Shown: positions 27,486 to 37,793 of the stretch, piece by piece
How the letters are laid out: the number at the start of each line of letters is the position of its first letter
How positions within the stretch are numbered: position 1 is the stretch's first letter
Source of the DNA: an uncultured Clostridia bacterium
GTDB lineage: Bacteria; Bacillota; Clostridia; Christensenellales; CAG-917
Reading direction: 5' to 3'
Length of the DNA stretch: 64,000 bases
NCBI GenBank assembly: GCA_944363035.1
Contig: CALVTS010000005.1
Location: 12,016-76,015, forward strand
Position numbers and translations under genes: made by a program
Notes under the pieces: generated by a model
Database searches by the model: none
Told to the model about the DNA's origin: nothing
Seen by the model: only the letters and a program-made list of their open reading frames with translations

Positions 27486-29878
27486 TGCTCGCACCCATTT
27501 CTTGGCTCAAAGATTACGTTGACATCAACGTCTCTCCCGAAAAGCTCGCTGAAAAACTCGTTGCGATAGGCTTTGAGGTGGAGGGGATAGAATATCAGGC
27601 GAAAAAAGCCTCCCTCGTCAAGACCTGCAAGCTGGTCTCGGTGGAGAAGCATCCCGCAGCGGACAGGCTCCGCGTGGCGCAGACGGACATAGGCGGCAAG
27701 GTCATACAGGTGGTCACCAACGTCCCCGTTGAGGGCGGCGAATACACTGCGGTGGCTCTTGACGGCGCAGTGCTCGCAGACGGTCACGAGATAAAGCGCG
27801 GCGAACTCAGGGGAGTGCTCTCTGAGGGGATGCTTTGCGGCCCCGAAGAGATAGGGATGTCCGCCTCCGACATAGACGGACAAAAGGAGGGGGATATCCT
27901 CCGTTTTCCCGAAGGCACCGAGCTCGGACAGGACGCGGCAACGGCGCTAGGATTCGACGACGTGATACTCGACGTCTCCGTCACCGCGAACCGCCCCGAC
28001 TGCAACAGCATATACAAACTTGCAAAGGAAGTCGCGGTCGCGCTTGACACCACCTGCCGCGAGCCCGAGATAAAATATACCGTCACGGACGCGGACGTGA
28101 ACGACATCGTGAGCGTCAGGGTGGAAAACAGCAAACTCTGCCCAAGATATATGGCGGCGGCTGTGAAAAACGTGAAGATCTTTCCCTCTCCCGAAAAGAT
28201 GCGTATGCGTCTGCGCGCCGTGGGCATCCGTCCCATCAACAACATCGTTGACATCACCAACTACGTGCTCACCGAGATAGGACAGCCCATGCACGCTTTC
28301 GACCTGAGATATCTCTCGGGCGGGAAGATAGTCGTCCGCAACGCCCGCGAGGGCGAACACATCGTCACTCTCGACGGCAAGGACAACGTGATGACCTCCT
28401 CCATGCTCGCCATCTGCGACGCCGAAAAGCCCGTCGCGGTCGCGGGAGTCATGGGCGGGGAGCACAGCGGGATACAGCCCGACACCTCCACGATAATCTT
28501 CGAATCCGCAAAATTCGCACGCGACAGCATACGCCGCACCTCAAGAGCGCTCAATCTGCGTTCGGACAGCTCCGCCCGCTACGAAAAGGGCATAGACTTC
28601 GCTTCTCAGGAATACGGCTTGAAGCGCGCCCTCACTCTCATTGCCGAGACGGGCAGCGGAGAGATAGCGAGCGGTTTCGTGGACGTCAAAGTGGAGCATG
28701 ACGAGATAAGGGATGTGGAATTCACCACCGCCGAGATCTCCCGCATCCTTGGATGCGCCGTCCCGGAGCGCAGGCTCATCTCCATACTCTTAAAGCTCGG
28801 CATCCCCGTCACGAAAAAAGAGGGGAAGACGCTTGTGGCGCACGTCCCGGACGCCCGTTCGGACATCGACGGCGTAAACGACATCGCGGAAGAGTTCATC
28901 AGAGTGTACGGCTATTCTCACATCAAGCCCACTCTCTTCGCGCACTCCGTGCTCACGCGCGGCGGAGTGCCTGCCGACATCGCTTTCCGCAACAAGGTGA
29001 AGGAGGAGCTCGCCGCCCTCGGGCTCAACGAGTGCATAACCTATTCTTTCACCTCTCCTTCCTTCGCGGACAAACTGCGCATACCCGCAGACAGCCCGTG
29101 GAGACGGTGGGTGGAACTTGTCAATCCTCTCGGCGAGGCGCTCAGCGTCATGCGCACCGTGCTCACGCACAGTATGCTGGAAGTGCTTTGCTTCAACGCG
29201 TCCCACTTCAACAAGAGCGCGGCGCTGTTCGAGATAGCAAAGACCTACCATCCTCACTCCCTGCCTCTTGCGGAGCTTCCCGAAGAGAGAGAAAAACTCG
29301 TCATAGGGATGTACGGCGGCGACGCGGACTATTTCGCCGCAAAAGGCGTCCTGGAAGGGCTTTTTGACGCTCTGCACGTAAGAGGGGAGTTCAAGGCATC
29401 CGACCTGCCCTTCCTGCACCCCGGGAGAGGCGCGGACGTGAGCGTGAACGGCAAAGTCATAGGCTATGTCGGGGAGATACATCCCGACGTCGCCGAGGAA
29501 TACGACGCCGACGTGCGCCTCTATGCCGCAGAGCTCGACCTCAGGACCCTCTTCGAAGAGTGCAAAGGCGGGGCTACCTTCCGCGAATTTTCCAAATATC
29601 CTCCCGTGGAGCGTGACCTTGCCGTCGTCGTCGCCGAAAGTGTGACGGCGGGAGATATGATACGTTCCGTAGAGAACGCGGGAGCGAGATCTCTGCTTTC
29701 CGCCGAAGTATTCGACGTCTATCGCGGCGCGCAGGTGGGAGAGGGCTTGAAGAGCGTAGCCATGAGATTTTCTTTCTCATCCACAGAGCACACCCTCACG
29801 GAAGAGGAGATCGCGGGGGAGATGAAACTCATCCTCTCTGCTTTGGAGACCGCTTTCGACGCGAAGATACGCGCCTAA
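27485..29878 (+). CDS. pheT: Phenylalanine-tRNA ligase beta subunit
   Basis: ISWLKDYV, NRPDC, RPINNIVDITNY, GQPMHAFD, C-terminal FDX-ACB domain. Confidence 0.98.
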   Translation: MLAPISWLKDYVDINVSPEKLAEKLVAIGFEVEGIEYQAKKASLVKTCKLVSVEKHPAADRLRVAQTDIGGKVIQVVTNVPVEGGEYTAVALDGAVLADGHEIKRGELRGVLSEGMLCGPEEIGMSASDIDGQKEGDILRFPEGTELGQDAATALGFDDVILDVSVTANRPDCNSIYKLAKEVAVALDTTCREPEIKYTVTDADVNDIVSVRVENSKLCPRYMAAAVKNVKIFPSPEKMRMRLRAVGIRPINNIVDITNYVLTEIGQPMHAFDLRYLSGGKIVVRNAREGEHIVTLDGKDNVMTSSMLAICDAEKPVAVAGVMGGEHSGIQPDTSTIIFESAKFARDSIRRTSRALNLRSDSSARYEKGIDFASQEYGLKRALTLIAETGSGEIASGFVDVKVEHDEIRDVEFTTAEISRILGCAVPERRLISILLKLGIPVTKKEGKTLVAHVPDARSDIDGVNDIAEEFIRVYGYSHIKPTLFAHSVLTRGGVPADIAFRNKVKEELAALGLNECITYSFTSPSFADKLRIPADSPWRRWVELVNPLGEALSVMRTVLTHSMLEVLCFNASHFNKSAALFEIAKTYHPHSLPLAELPEEREKLVIGMYGGDADYFAAKGVLEGLFDALHVRGEFKASDLPFLHPGRGADVSVNGKVIGYVGEIHPDVAEEYDADVRLYAAELDLRTLFEECKGGATFREFSKYPPVERDLAVVVAESVTAGDMIRSVENAGARSLLSAEVFDVYRGAQVGEGLKSVAMRFSFSSTEHTLTEEEIAGEMKLILSALETAFDAKIRA

Positions 29879-29883
29879 AAAAG

Positions 29884-31932
29884 ATGTTTGACGACAAAAG
29901 CCTGAACACTCTGGAATACGGGAAGATCCTGGAAATGCTTGCCGCCCACGCGCAGTCGGAGGGCGGCAAAGCCGCTTGCCGCGGGCTGCGTCCCGTCTCC
30001 GTCAAAGAGGAGGCGGTGCTCGCCCTCGACATGACGGCGGAGGCGGACAGGACGCTGTTCGAATTCTCGGTCTCTCCCTCGTTTGCGGTGGACGACATCG
30101 AGGAGACCGTGACAAAATCTGAAAAGGGAGCCGTGCTTTCCATACCCGAGATACTTCGCGTGGGGCGCGCTCTCAGAGTGGCAAGAAGGCTTGTGAAGTC
30201 CCTTTCCGCCGTCACGGGAGTGCCCGGGCTCGCCGCCATGTCGGGAGGGCTGTTTGCGGAGGAGAAACTCGAAAAGGATATCTTCGATTCCTTCATCTCG
30301 GACACAGAGGTCGCAGACAACGCCACTCCCGAACTCAGAGCCATCAGGATACGCATAAGGAGGCTCGGGGACAACGTAAAGACCAAACTGCAACTTTTCG
30401 TCACATCTCCGACCTATCACAAATATCTTCAGGACAGCATAGTCACCGTGCGCGGAGACAGATACGTCATCCCCGTGAAGAGCGAGTTCAAAGGCGCGAT
30501 AAGCGGGTTGGTGCACGATCAGTCCGCCTCGGGCGCGACCCTCTACGTCGAGCCCATGCAGATAGTGGAGCTCAACAACGAACTGAAAACGGAAAAACTC
30601 AACGAGCAGGCGGAGATCGAGCGCATACTCAGGAATTTTTCTCTCTCCGTCAGCGCGCACGCCGACAGGCTCAAAGCAAGTTACGCCACCATCGTGGAGA
30701 TGGACGCGATATTCGCGCGCGCTCAGCTCGCGCACGAGATGAAGGGCGTCCGTCCCGAGCTCAACGCAGATGGCGTATTGGCGGTGAAAGAGGGCAGACA
30801 TCCCCTCATCGACCCCAAAAAAGTCGTCCCCCTCACCCTCGCCATGCGCGCGGAGGAGAGGATGCTCCTCATCACGGGTCCGAATACGGGAGGCAAGACG
30901 GTCACCCTCAAAATGACGGGATTGTTCGTGTGCATGGCGCTTTCGGGGCTGTATCTCCCCGCCAAGAGCGCGAAGATCCCCGTGGTGGACGGAGTTTACA
31001 GCGACATCGGCGACGAGCAGAGCATAGAACAAAGCCTTTCCACTTTTTCGGCGCACATCCGCAACATCATCGGCATACTCGGCAAGATGACCGAGGAGTC
31101 TCTCGTGCTCTTCGACGAGCTGGGCGCGGGCACGGATCCCGGCGAGGGCGCCGCGCTTGCGGTGAGCATATCCGACTACGTAATGTCCGCAGGCGCGAAA
31201 TTTTTGGTGACCTCGCACTTCAACGACCTCAAAGAATATGCGCTGACCACTCCGGGGGTCGTCGCCGCCTCGATGGAGTTCGACACCGCGACATTCCGCC
31301 CCACATTCAAGTTGGTCATGGGCGCGATAGGCACCTCCAACGCGTTGGACATCGCCTCCACGCTGGGGCTGGACAGGGGCATAGTCGAGAACGCCAGAGC
31401 GCGTATCTCCGCCGAAAAAAAACAGTTCGACAATGTGCTTTCCGCCGCCGAACAGACACGTAGACGCGCCGAACAGCTCGTATCCGACGCCTCTCTCGAC
31501 CGCGAAAGGGCGGCAAGCGCTCTGCGCGAGGCGGAAAACGAAAAACGCCTCATAGCCGAAAAACGCGAGAAGCTGGACGAAAACATCCGCCGCGAGACAA
31601 AGCGCCTCATCGAGGACTCCGTGGAGGAGGCGGATGAGATACTCGAAAAACTCAAAGAGCTCGCAAACAAGGAGACGGTGGAGGACAAAGACGTCTTCGA
31701 AGCCAGAGCTCTCAGGAGCAAACTCCGCAATATGTCCGCGAAATACGACACCGAGAGCGTAGTGGAGGACGAACCCGATCCCACCCCTCTGCGTCCCGGC
31801 AACAACGTATGGGTGAAGTCTCTCGCAAGGCGCGGGATACTCAAAGGCGTCAATTCCCGCGGGGAGGCGGAAGTCTCCTTCGGCAAACTCACCGTAAAGG
31901 TGAAATCGGGCGATTATTACAAGGTGAAATGA
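29884..31932 (+). CDS. mutS2: MutS2-family ATPase lacking the C-terminal Smr domain
   Basis: HDQSASGATLYVEP, ITGPNTGGKT, DIGDEQSIEQSLSTFS, DELGAGTDP; ends right after the KOW-like domain. Confidence 0.92.
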   Translation: MFDDKSLNTLEYGKILEMLAAHAQSEGGKAACRGLRPVSVKEEAVLALDMTAEADRTLFEFSVSPSFAVDDIEETVTKSEKGAVLSIPEILRVGRALRVARRLVKSLSAVTGVPGLAAMSGGLFAEEKLEKDIFDSFISDTEVADNATPELRAIRIRIRRLGDNVKTKLQLFVTSPTYHKYLQDSIVTVRGDRYVIPVKSEFKGAISGLVHDQSASGATLYVEPMQIVELNNELKTEKLNEQAEIERILRNFSLSVSAHADRLKASYATIVEMDAIFARAQLAHEMKGVRPELNADGVLAVKEGRHPLIDPKKVVPLTLAMRAEERMLLITGPNTGGKTVTLKMTGLFVCMALSGLYLPAKSAKIPVVDGVYSDIGDEQSIEQSLSTFSAHIRNIIGILGKMTEESLVLFDELGAGTDPGEGAALAVSISDYVMSAGAKFLVTSHFNDLKEYALTTPGVVAASMEFDTATFRPTFKLVMGAIGTSNALDIASTLGLDRGIVENARARISAEKKQFDNVLSAAEQTRRRAEQLVSDASLDRERAASALREAENEKRLIAEKREKLDENIRRETKRLIEDSVEEADEILEKLKELANKETVEDKDVFEARALRSKLRNMSAKYDTESVVEDEPDPTPLRPGNNVWVKSLARRGILKGVNSRGEAEVSFGKLTVKVKSGDYYKVK

Positions 31933-32438
31933 CGGAAAGATACATCCAGAAAGTGGAAGTCGCGGTGTCCAAAACCGCAAGAAGAGACCAGATCCTCGGG
32001 CTCGTATTCCAACTGCTCGGGCTCGGGCTCATCCCGATCTCGATAGTGTACAGCTACTGGGTCTTTTTCGGCGTGGGCGCGCTCATCGGCGTGGGGATAT
32101 GGTTCACTCAAAGGTTCTATTCCTCCGCAAAAGAGTACGAATACGCCTTTACGGGCACGCGGCTCATCATCTCCCGCACAAATCTGCTGGGCAAAGGGAG
32201 GAGAGTGACGGAGATAGCCCTAGGTGACGTCAGGACATTCACCCGCTTTTACGACACGGTGACTCCCCGCGACATCCTGGCGGCAGAGAGCGCGGGAGGC
32301 TCCGACATAAAAGCGATGACATTCCTCTCTGCAGGGGAGGAACACAGGTTGCTCTTCGCCCCGGACGAATATATGGCGATACTCATCGGGGACGCGCTCC
32401 GCGCGGGAGCTGCCGAAAAAAGCAAGGAGAACGTATGA
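31929..32438 (+). CDS. Conserved hypothetical membrane protein (two TMs, EYEY motif)
   Basis: ATGA overlaps at both ends; EYEYAF..LIISR and LFAPDE motifs. Confidence 0.75.
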   Translation: MTERYIQKVEVAVSKTARRDQILGLVFQLLGLGLIPISIVYSYWVFFGVGALIGVGIWFTQRFYSSAKEYEYAFTGTRLIISRTNLLGKGRRVTEIALGDVRTFTRFYDTVTPRDILAAESAGGSDIKAMTFLSAGEEHRLLFAPDEYMAILIGDALRAGAAEKSKENV

Positions 32439-33571
32439 TCTATCTTGACAACGCCGCCACCACTCGTATGTGCGACGAGGCGTTGGAAACCCTCGTCAAC
32501 GCAAACAGAGAAAGGTGGTTCAACGCGTCTGCGCTGTACAAAGAAGCCTCGGATGAAAGCAAACGCATACGCGAATGCCGCGAGACTCTCTCTTCATTGC
32601 TGAGAGCGGGAGAGGGAGAAGTGTATTTCCTTTCGGGAGGCACGGAGGCGGACAACACCGCTCTCATGTGCACGCGCAAACAAAAGGGGAGCCGCGTCAT
32701 AGTGGGCGAAGGGGAACACGACGCGGTCATCAATCCCGCGAAAGTTCTGAAAGAACAGGGCTTCGACGTGGTTTTCGCCCCCATCCGCGAGGACGGCGGC
32801 GTGGACGAGGAAAAATTCGCCGAACTTCTCACTCCCGAGGTGTCCCTTGTCTCGGTGATGCACGTGAGCAATGAGACGGGCGCGATCAACGACATAAAAA
32901 AGCTGGTATCCCTCACCAAAAAGCGCGCTCCGAAAGCGTTGTTCCACAGCGACGGCGTGCAGGCGTTCGGCAAGATCCCCGTCAACCTCAGGGATCTCGG
33001 CGCGGACTTATACACCATATCCTCGCACAAGATCCACGGACCGAAGGGGATAGGCGCGCTCTATGTCAAAAAGGGAGCGTCCGTCAGACCTCTCCTTTTC
33101 GGAGGAGGGCAGGAAAAGGGCTTCCGCTCCGGCACGGAAAACGGTCCCGCCATAGAGGCGTTTATCGTCGCGGCAGAGCGGACCATCCGCGATCTCAAAG
33201 CCGACTATTCTAAAAAACGCGATTATATAGAACAGTTGAGGGCGGGTCTCACCGCCGAAGTGCGCGGAGTGAAGATAATAACGGACCTCGACGGTTCCGC
33301 GCCTCACATCCTCACGGTGGCGTTCGGCGGCGTGAGAGGGGAAGTCCTCCTGCACGCGCTGGAAAAACACGGCATAGCCGTGGGAGTGGGGTCTGCCTGT
33401 TCCTCCCACCGCGAGAGCCGCTTCAAACATCTGCTTGGGCTCGACGATGAACACAGGGACGGGATAGTGCGTTTCAGCGTCTCGGGATACAACGATATAT
33501 CCGAGGTCACCGAGGTCGTGCGCGCCGTAAAGCAAGAGACTGCGGCGCTCTCGGATTATGCGAGAAAATGA
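32435..33571 (+). CDS. nifZ: Cysteine desulfurase (NifZ/IscS2 type)
   Basis: IYLDNAATT, SSHKIHGPKG, GSACSS; directly upstream of thiI. Confidence 0.9.
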   Translation: MIYLDNAATTRMCDEALETLVNANRERWFNASALYKEASDESKRIRECRETLSSLLRAGEGEVYFLSGGTEADNTALMCTRKQKGSRVIVGEGEHDAVINPAKVLKEQGFDVVFAPIREDGGVDEEKFAELLTPEVSLVSVMHVSNETGAINDIKKLVSLTKKRAPKALFHSDGVQAFGKIPVNLRDLGADLYTISSHKIHGPKGIGALYVKKGASVRPLLFGGGQEKGFRSGTENGPAIEAFIVAAERTIRDLKADYSKKRDYIEQLRAGLTAEVRGVKIITDLDGSAPHILTVAFGGVRGEVLLHALEKHGIAVGVGSACSSHRESRFKHLLGLDDEHRDGIVRFSVSGYNDISEVTEVVRAVKQETAALSDYARK

Positions 33572-33677
33572 ACTCCCGTCGCGGTGAGCAGAGCCTCTTG
33601 CCGCGCGGGAATGACGATATGGCGTCAATGCCAAATAACAACTCGGTTTTGCGGTCCGTCCGCAAGAAAAGGTCTGT

Positions 33678-34853
33678 ATGGAAAGAGTCGTAGTGATAAG
33701 ATTCGGCGAGCTCTTCCTGAAAGGGAAGAATCGCGACTATTTCGAGTCCATGCTCGTAAGAAACATCAAAGCCGCTTTGAAGGGGGTGCCCCACGCCTTC
33801 GAGAAGTCCCAGGGCAGATATTACGTGGAAAACTTCGAGGAAGAGGACCTTGGCGAGATCCTCGACCGCCTGAAAAAGGTGTTCGGGATACATTCCCTGT
33901 CCGTCGCAGACAAAGTGAAGGTGCGCGCAGAGGAGGATTTCCCCGAGATACGCGCCTCTCTTGCCGAGATCGCAAAAAAGAGGGCGGAATTTGCCCAAGG
34001 CAAGATCCCCTTCCGCATCACGGTGAAGCGCGCGGACAAACGCATCCCCATGACTTCCGCCGAGATAGCCTCCGCGTTGGGCGGGACGGTGCTGGCGCTC
34101 GGCAAATACAAAGTGGATCTTACAAATTACGAGTGCGATCTCAAGGTGGATGTGCGCGAAAACGGAGTCGCGTTGGTGTACACCGACGTGATAGCGGGGG
34201 CGGGCGGGCTCCCCGTCGGTTGCTCGGGGCGCGGGATGCTCCTGCTCTCGGGAGGCATAGATTCCCCCGTGGCGGCGTACATGATGGCGAAACGTGGGAT
34301 GAAGCTGTTTGCCGTGCACTTCGCGTCCCCTCCCTATACCTCCGACAAAGCCCGCGAAAAAGTGGTGGAACTGCGCGATCTGCTGACGGGATACACCGGA
34401 CACGTCAAACTTTTCGTGGTGCCTTTCACGGATATACAGCTTGCCATACACAAGGCTTGTCCCGCCAATTTCATGATCACAATAATGCGCAGGTTCATGA
34501 TGCGCATAGCCTGCCGCCTCGCGGACAAATACGAGTGCGGCGCGGTCGTCACGGGAGAGAGCCTTGGGCAAGTCGCCTCCCAGACGGTGGAGAGCATGAT
34601 CTGCACGGAGGACACAGCCACCCTTCCCGTCTTCCGTCCTCTCATCGGCATGGACAAGGAGGAGATAGTCGCGATCGCGAAAAAGGCGGGGACGTTTGAG
34701 ACCTCCATCCAGCCGTATGAGGATTGTTGCACGGTGTTTTTGCCCAAGTCTCCCGTCATACACCCCTCCCTGGGAGCGGTGCGCAAGGCGGAAGCGGCGC
34801 TCCCTGTCGAGGAGCTCGTGGAAGCGGCGCTCGCCGCCGTAGAGGAATACTAA
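33678..34853 (+). CDS. thiI: tRNA 4-thiouridine synthase
   Basis: GELFLKGKNR, THUMP domain, LLSGGIDSPVA, GESLGQVASQT, PYEDCC. Confidence 0.97.
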   Translation: MERVVVIRFGELFLKGKNRDYFESMLVRNIKAALKGVPHAFEKSQGRYYVENFEEEDLGEILDRLKKVFGIHSLSVADKVKVRAEEDFPEIRASLAEIAKKRAEFAQGKIPFRITVKRADKRIPMTSAEIASALGGTVLALGKYKVDLTNYECDLKVDVRENGVALVYTDVIAGAGGLPVGCSGRGMLLLSGGIDSPVAAYMMAKRGMKLFAVHFASPPYTSDKAREKVVELRDLLTGYTGHVKLFVVPFTDIQLAIHKACPANFMITIMRRFMMRIACRLADKYECGAVVTGESLGQVASQTVESMICTEDTATLPVFRPLIGMDKEEIVAIAKKAGTFETSIQPYEDCCTVFLPKSPVIHPSLGAVRKAEAALPVEELVEAALAAVEEY

Positions 34854-34973
34854 GGGGTATTTTTTCACAAAAGCGTGCCGAGAACTCTCATTTTCTCTCC
34901 TTGTTGCCGAGACAACTTCATCTCGGTCGGATGAAAAAAGATGGGCTCCGACGGCACAAAACCTGCCGCCATA

Positions 34974-35010
34974 CAAAAAACGACCGTTTTTTCTCGGTCG
35001 TTTTTGTTTT
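34974..35010. terminator. Bidirectional intrinsic terminator
   Basis: aaaaacgaccg-loop-cggtcgttttt between convergent thiI and pbp. Confidence 0.75.
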
Positions 35011-35028
35011 AGGCTTCAAACTGCCGCT

Positions 35029-35309
35029 ATGCCAGACAGGAATAATACGAACCAGGTTCCGCGCCGCCGATTTCCGTCTGAACCGCGTCATTCGCCTTGC
35101 TAATACAGTCAAGTATTAGCTACGGCGACTTCCTTGTTCAGCCAAAAATCGGTTGGCGCGGAACTGCTCGCACCTCAGAGCAAGAGATTTTCGGATGATT
35201 TTGCTCTGGCGGAACGCAGGCAATAGTATACATATTGGCAAGGTTCGGCTGTGCAAAAGCGCCGAAAAGAATTGCTCCGAGGCTGGTTCGTATTATTCCT
35301 GTCTGGCAT
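35029..35309. mobile_element. MITE-like element with perfect 27-bp terminal inverted repeats
   Basis: atgccagacaggaataatacgaaccag (35029-35055) and its exact reverse complement (35283-35309); weaker inner IR ccttgctaata/tattggcaagg; related copy at 7350. Confidence 0.65.
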
Positions 35310-37702
35310 CCTCGCCAATGCGCCGCTCTCGGGAAGCAATGCTTCGAGAGGGAGCCCGACGCTTCTCCCGCACTCACGGTGAGGGTGTAAGTCACTTTGC
35401 CTCCGAGAGTGAGGGGGATATGCCTCAAAACCACGGTACGGTCGGGATAAAGTTCCGCACCCGAGGAGGGAACTCCGTCGCCGTCCTCGTTTTCGGTCGC
35501 GGACGGGAGAACGATGACATTCGCGCCGTTTTCTCCGACAAACTCTCCCGAACCTCGTTTTATCCTCCCGATAAGCCGCGTGCCCGTAGCGTCCGTGCAA
35601 TACAGCTCGTGATCGAATGCGGGTTCCGCCGTCACCGTGATGACAGCTCCGTTGCCATCCGCCGACAGCTCGAATCGCGGACGAGGAGAGAGAAAGAGGG
35701 ACCCGCCCTCGTCGGGAAGATATTCCGCCGCAAACAGCTCTTCGCGGACGTATTCGGCGGGAGTTTCCGGGACTGCCGGGGTGACTTTCCTGTTTTTGAA
35801 AGTGGAATAGACGTCCACTTTCATTTTCACCGTACCCCTCGGCGCGGGCAGGTCCGCAGGGGGAGCGTCGTGATAAACTCTGCGCCATATATCCGCCGAA
35901 TGATGGGCGGGATGTCCTCCGCCAAGTTCCGTCATCCCGTCCCCGCCGTGCCATACCGCAAGCGTGTCCTCAGATGTATAACTCACGCACCAGGCGTCGG
36001 AATTGCGCTCGGCGTCCATCTGCACCGTCCCCGTCTTTCCCGCAGTCTCGAAGGGTAGAGAGGAGAGAGTACGCGCCGTGCCGTCTTTCACCGTGTCGGC
36101 GAGGCAGTCCGTAACAAGAGAGCAGGTCGCGGGCGAAAATACCCGTCTTTTTTCGGAGGAAAAGGAGAATATCTTTCTCCCCTCCGCCGAAACGGAGCGC
36201 ACGAAGTGCGGCGGGATGTGACATCCCCCTCTCGCGAGAGAAGCATACGCTCCCGCGAGAGTGAGAGTGTCCGTTCCCTTCGAGGTGGCTCCGAGCGCGA
36301 GCGCCAATGAGGCGTCCTCTTTCACGAGAGGGAGCCCCAGCTCCATGCCGAAGGCGACTCCGCGTTCCGCACCGAGATAGCTCAGCACCTTGACCGCCGC
36401 CGCGTTCAATGAATGCTTTATCCCTTCGCGGGGAGTGGTGTCGCCGTAATATGCTCCGCCGAAATTTTCGGGAGAATACCCGTTGTAGTCCGTCCTCTCG
36501 TCCCGGATGGGAGTGGCGAGGGTTATCCTGCCGTCTTCCAGCGTGGGCGCATAGACCACCAGCGGTTTGAGGACGGAACCCGCCTGACGGGATATCCGAT
36601 AGCCGAGAGTGCCGAAATAAGCCTTTACTTCCCCCGTGGCGTTTTCCACGAGCGAGGCTTCCCCCGCGACCCCTTCGGCGGAGTAGTTGGACCTGTCTGC
36701 GGTCTCCTCGAAGAGCGCTTCCTGCGCGGCGGGGTCGTAACCCGTCATTATGACGACGCCGGAGTTTTCCAGGGCGTATCCCGTCATCCCCAGGATATCG
36801 CACGCCTCCTTTGCCGCCGCCTTGACATATTGTTCGGCGACATTCTTTTTCCCCTCCGTCTCGTTTTCCGAAAGCACGATCTCCTTTGACATCGCCTCTT
36901 CTGCCTCTCGGGCGGTGAGATAACCCTCCCTGTGCATGACCCCGATGACGAGGTCTCTGCGCTCGCGGGCCTCTTCGAGGTCGTTTTTCGGGGAGTATCT
37001 GGATGGATTTTTGAGTATCCCCGCAAGAGTCGCCGCCTGCGACACGTCGAGTTCCGAGGGGGTACATCCGAAATATATCCTGCTCGCGGCGTTTATCCCG
37101 TACGCTCCCGCGCCGAAGTAGATGACGGAAAGATACATCGCGAGTATCTCCTCTTTGGAGTAAAGCTCCTCCGTCTTTTTCGCGAGAGCGATCTCTCTCA
37201 ATTTCCTCGAAAGAGTGCGCTCCGAGCCGAGATGAGTGTTTTTGACAAGCTGTTGGGTGATGGTCGACCCTCCCTCCACGGTGCGGCCCGCCGCTATATT
37301 GCGCACGACGGCGCGTGCGATCGCTCTCGGATCGTAGCCTTTGTGGGAATAGAACCTCCTGTCCTCCAACGCCACGAAAGCGTGCTTGACGTGATCGGGC
37401 AGGGATGAGGGGGAGACATATGTCTCTGTAAAATATTCGATCTCATTCCCGTCTTTGTCGAGAAAGACGGGAAGATCCCGAGCGGTGGGGAAGAGGGAGG
37501 GATCCACTTCGAGCCCGGCAGTCACCGAAAGATACCACAAATATCCTCCGAATATAGCCAGCCCCGCGATGACAAAGAGAGCGAGGGTGATGATAGCGAC
37601 AGCTTTCAACACCCTTTTGCCCGCGCTCGGACCTCCTCCCCGCGCAGGCTGCGAGGGGGGAGCGGAAGAAATTTTGCCTTTTTCGGAGGATGCTTTTTTC
37701 AT
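35138..37702 (-). CDS. Class A penicillin-binding protein (transglycosylase/transpeptidase)
   Basis: N-terminal TM; EDRRFYSH, GGSTITQQLVKN, RKLRE; SVLK, SLN and KTGT transpeptidase motifs. The C-terminus runs into the MITE-like element. Confidence 0.93.
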   Translation of the reverse strand: MKKASSEKGKISSAPPSQPARGGGPSAGKRVLKAVAIITLALFVIAGLAIFGGYLWYLSVTAGLEVDPSLFPTARDLPVFLDKDGNEIEYFTETYVSPSSLPDHVKHAFVALEDRRFYSHKGYDPRAIARAVVRNIAAGRTVEGGSTITQQLVKNTHLGSERTLSRKLREIALAKKTEELYSKEEILAMYLSVIYFGAGAYGINAASRIYFGCTPSELDVSQAATLAGILKNPSRYSPKNDLEEARERRDLVIGVMHREGYLTAREAEEAMSKEIVLSENETEGKKNVAEQYVKAAAKEACDILGMTGYALENSGVVIMTGYDPAAQEALFEETADRSNYSAEGVAGEASLVENATGEVKAYFGTLGYRISRQAGSVLKPLVVYAPTLEDGRITLATPIRDERTDYNGYSPENFGGAYYGDTTPREGIKHSLNAAAVKVLSYLGAERGVAFGMELGLPLVKEDASLALALGATSKGTDTLTLAGAYASLARGGCHIPPHFVRSVSAEGRKIFSFSSEKRRVFSPATCSLVTDCLADTVKDGTARTLSSLPFETAGKTGTVQMDAERNSDAWCVSYTSEDTLAVWHGGDGMTELGGGHPAHHSADIWRRVYHDAPPADLPAPRGTVKMKVDVYSTFKNRKVTPAVPETPAEYVREELFAAEYLPDEGGSLFLSPRPRFELSADGNGAVITVTAEPAFDHELYCTDATGTRLIGRIKRGSGEFVGENGANVIVLPSATENEDGDGVPSSGAELYPDRTVVLRHIPLTLGGKVTYTLTVSAGEASGSLSKHCFPRAAHWRGCQTGIIRTSLGAILFGAFAQPNLANMYTIACVPPEQNHPKISCSEVRAVPRQPIFG

Positions 37703-37793
37703 TGCGATTATTATTGTGTTTTCGTCCGTTTTTATGTATAATTGTTTAATCGAACTCGAAGTGAGCGCACGCGCGCTCGCATGAAAGGATGGT

